Shown here: piece by piece, positions 61,809 through 64,000 of the stretch
Position numbering within the stretch: the first letter of the stretch is position 1
Layout of the letters: the number at the start of each line of letters is the position of its first letter
From: Fimicolochytrium jonesii
Lineage: Eukaryota
Assembly: GCF_025526975.1 (NCBI RefSeq)
Contig: NW_026515683.1
Location: 186,001-250,000 of the forward strand
Length of the DNA: 64,000 bases
Direction of reading: 5' to 3'
Translations under genes and position numbers: made by a program
The notes under the pieces: generated by a model
The model's input: the letters and a program-made list of their open reading frames with translations, nothing else
Told to the model about the DNA's origin: nothing
Databases searched by the model: none

Positions 61809-64000
61809 ATGGCCCACGCGTCCCACCCACATCGCCATTCGCCCTCGCACCCGAACTTTCCCGCCCATTACGACGACGACGTGGACGTCTCCTCCTCCGA
61901 CCGCAAGATGGGCGTCCTCCGCCCGCAGTCGCAATCGCAGCTACTCCACGGGCATATGGCCTCCACCCACCACCAGCCCACGCATCGTGTCTTTGATGCG
62001 GACTGCAAACAGCCAAGCACCGTGTTGTCCCATGACAACCATCTTCAGCAAACCGACGATTCAGACGATGCGCCGACGCAGGCTGTGGCAATGACGAGTG
62101 ATGGACGGTATTTTGAGGTCAACATTCCTAAACATTACGCTATTGAGAATACTCTCGGGGGAGTGCGACAACAGGTATGTGGGTGCAGGCGGAGCGAGTG
62201 GTGGTAGTCTGAGGCGACCCAACATTGCGCCGAGAGCGCTGGGATCCCCTCCCCTGCGGTTCCTAGCGAGCCTCAGCCAGCGTCAGGGCTTTTGCGAGCA
62301 AAGCGAGCACCAGATTGCGCCAAAGGGGTCAATACTCCCCTTACCCACGTAGGCCAACATCCCTGTTTGTTCATGGATGGTTGATGGTTGATGAATGTCG
62401 ATGTGGATGTGGATGGTTCAGAGGCGGTTGATTGATCGATTCGCCCAACTACCAATCTAACATTCACGCACATTCCTCCCATCCTTCTCGCAACAGCAAC
62501 CCCACACCTACCCCTCCCACCACCCCAAAGACCTCGAATACGCGCACAGGGTGTCCACCCACACCACCCCCGACACATCCACGCGCACCTCGCCCCTCCT
62601 CACCACCACCGCGGATGTAGTTGAATCCGCGCAGATGGACCCGGCATGGAGCGGCTCGACAACACCCAACACGCACCACTCGCAGTATGTGTCGCCGCAG
62701 TTGGTGTTTAGCGCCAAGATGAATCGGTCGAGGGAGAGTACGGAGGGGATGTCGTGTGGGAATGCGTCGATGGGGGAGGATGAGGAGGCGGGTGGGTGGC
62801 TTCACCAGCAGCCGTATGATGCTGCCGCGCCGGCGTTTGCGTACCCGTCGCAGACTCGAAAACGCCGACGGGGTTCGAATGGGTCTGTCGCGACGCATGA
62901 GACTATGATGGATTTACAAGACGACATGGCCGGCGATTCGGAGAGTTTCACGCGCACGTCGGCTGCAGCGGCTGCGTACCCACTCAGCCACCCCTCGACT
63001 CTCCAACCCACGCACCCGTTCCCCACCTCCCTCGCCTCGTCGCACCGGCACAAAAAACAACAACATCAGCAACATCTCCAAGACCACCAACAACAGCACC
63101 ACCACGCCCAATTCCACCTCGCCCACCTCCACGCCGCGCACCGCGTCCAGTCAGCACACATTGCACACCTCGAGCACCTGAACGAAGGGCTGAGAACGGA
63201 GAATGAGCGGTTGGTCGCCATGTTGGTGGATGTATCCGCACAGATCAATGCGCAGAAGGCTTGGACTCTCCAGCAGCAGCAGCAGCAGGGGGCCCGACGG
63301 CGGCATAGTCTTGCTGCGACGACGACCGGGATGGAGAGGGATGTGGGCGGGAGGGGGGGGAAGATGTATGGCGATGTGGTTAAGGACCAGCGAGGCGCAG
63401 CCGCGACTCTGAAAAGTGAAGACATCATCGCACCCGCCGCGGAATACACATTCCCCCACCAACCGCTCATCGACGCACCCACGGCGGCAGCCAAGAAGCC
63501 CAAACGACGCTATTCGCGCTCGACCCCCGCCACCGACCTCGCCATCCCGTTCTCCGGGTCGATCCCGCTGCGCGACCCGTGTTTCCCCTCCGCGCCGGGG
63601 CTGACGATCGCGAGTTGGAACGGCGTGCCGGTGTATCAGATGGCGTGTACGAGGGTCGTCAGCGTCCCCGTTGCGCTCCCCATGCCCGCCTCGGCCAACG
63701 ATACCACCACCGACACCCCAACCCCACCCTCCACATCCCCCCCTCAGGTACCGCAAACCACCACAACAACCCGAACGACGACGCAGGTCATGCGCCGCCA
63801 GTCCGACGGCTGGGTCAACGCAACCCACATCCTCAAAGCCGCCGGGGTCGCGCGCGCCACTCGCCTACGTGTCCTGGAGCGTGATCTGCATAATGGGCCG
63901 CATGAGAAGGTGCAGGGGGGGTATGGGAAGTACCAGGGGACGTGGTGAGTGAAAAAACAGATCCATATTTTCTTATTTGGGGTGGGGATTTTTTGCTAAT
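61809..64000 (+). CDS. APSES/KilA-N transcription factor (Mbp1/Swi4/Res-type), runs off the window end
   Basis: [20 protein letters not shown]...[28 protein letters not shown] followed by a GT donor; probable first exon from 61809 spliced in frame to 62497. Confidence 0.88.

Noticed and set aside
1..64000. tRNA, rRNA or snRNA genes
   Set aside because: No convincing cloverleaf or rRNA/snRNA signature was seen by eye; tRNAscan-SE or Infernal would be needed to exclude them.

Overview
Gene-dense, intron-rich eukaryotic DNA with short GT-AG introns. It most likely comes from a flagellated early-diverging fungus (chytrid-like): ciliary transition-zone genes (CEP290, MKS1) sit alongside a fungal APSES/KilA-N (Mbp1/Swi4-type) factor, a fungal-type Med1 and a DUF5092-like gene. 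About 22 coding loci can be supported: KAE1, ribokinase, Med1, an EVE protein, a secreted Cys-rich peptide, a citrate-synthase-like gene, CEP290, an SDR, an Msp1-like AAA ATPase, ABHD11, WDR70, MKS1, a class II HMG-CoA reductase, TBL1/SIF2, BORCS6- and BORCS8-like genes, MscL, a Kelch-FN3-Tudor protein, the APSES factor and a few hypotheticals. Two short non-autonomous DNA transposons are directly visible from their TIRs and TSDs. The most notable observations: (1) an intronless bacterial-type class II HMG-CoA reductase fused to a ~470-aa C-terminal region that looks like a catalytically dead trans-prenyltransferase fold; (2) a citrate synthase homologue lacking the catalytic GPxHGGA histidine; (3) a 471-bp element with an 8-bp TSD inserted just after a start codon, with GT/AG placed so that splicing could remove it exactly (introner-like); (4) an HCF-1-like Kelch-FN3 protein with an added Tudor-knot; (5) a fungal MscL with a dileucine sorting motif and a Zn ribbon. 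All family calls come from motif recognition by eye, not database searches, and exon boundaries are hand-inferred.
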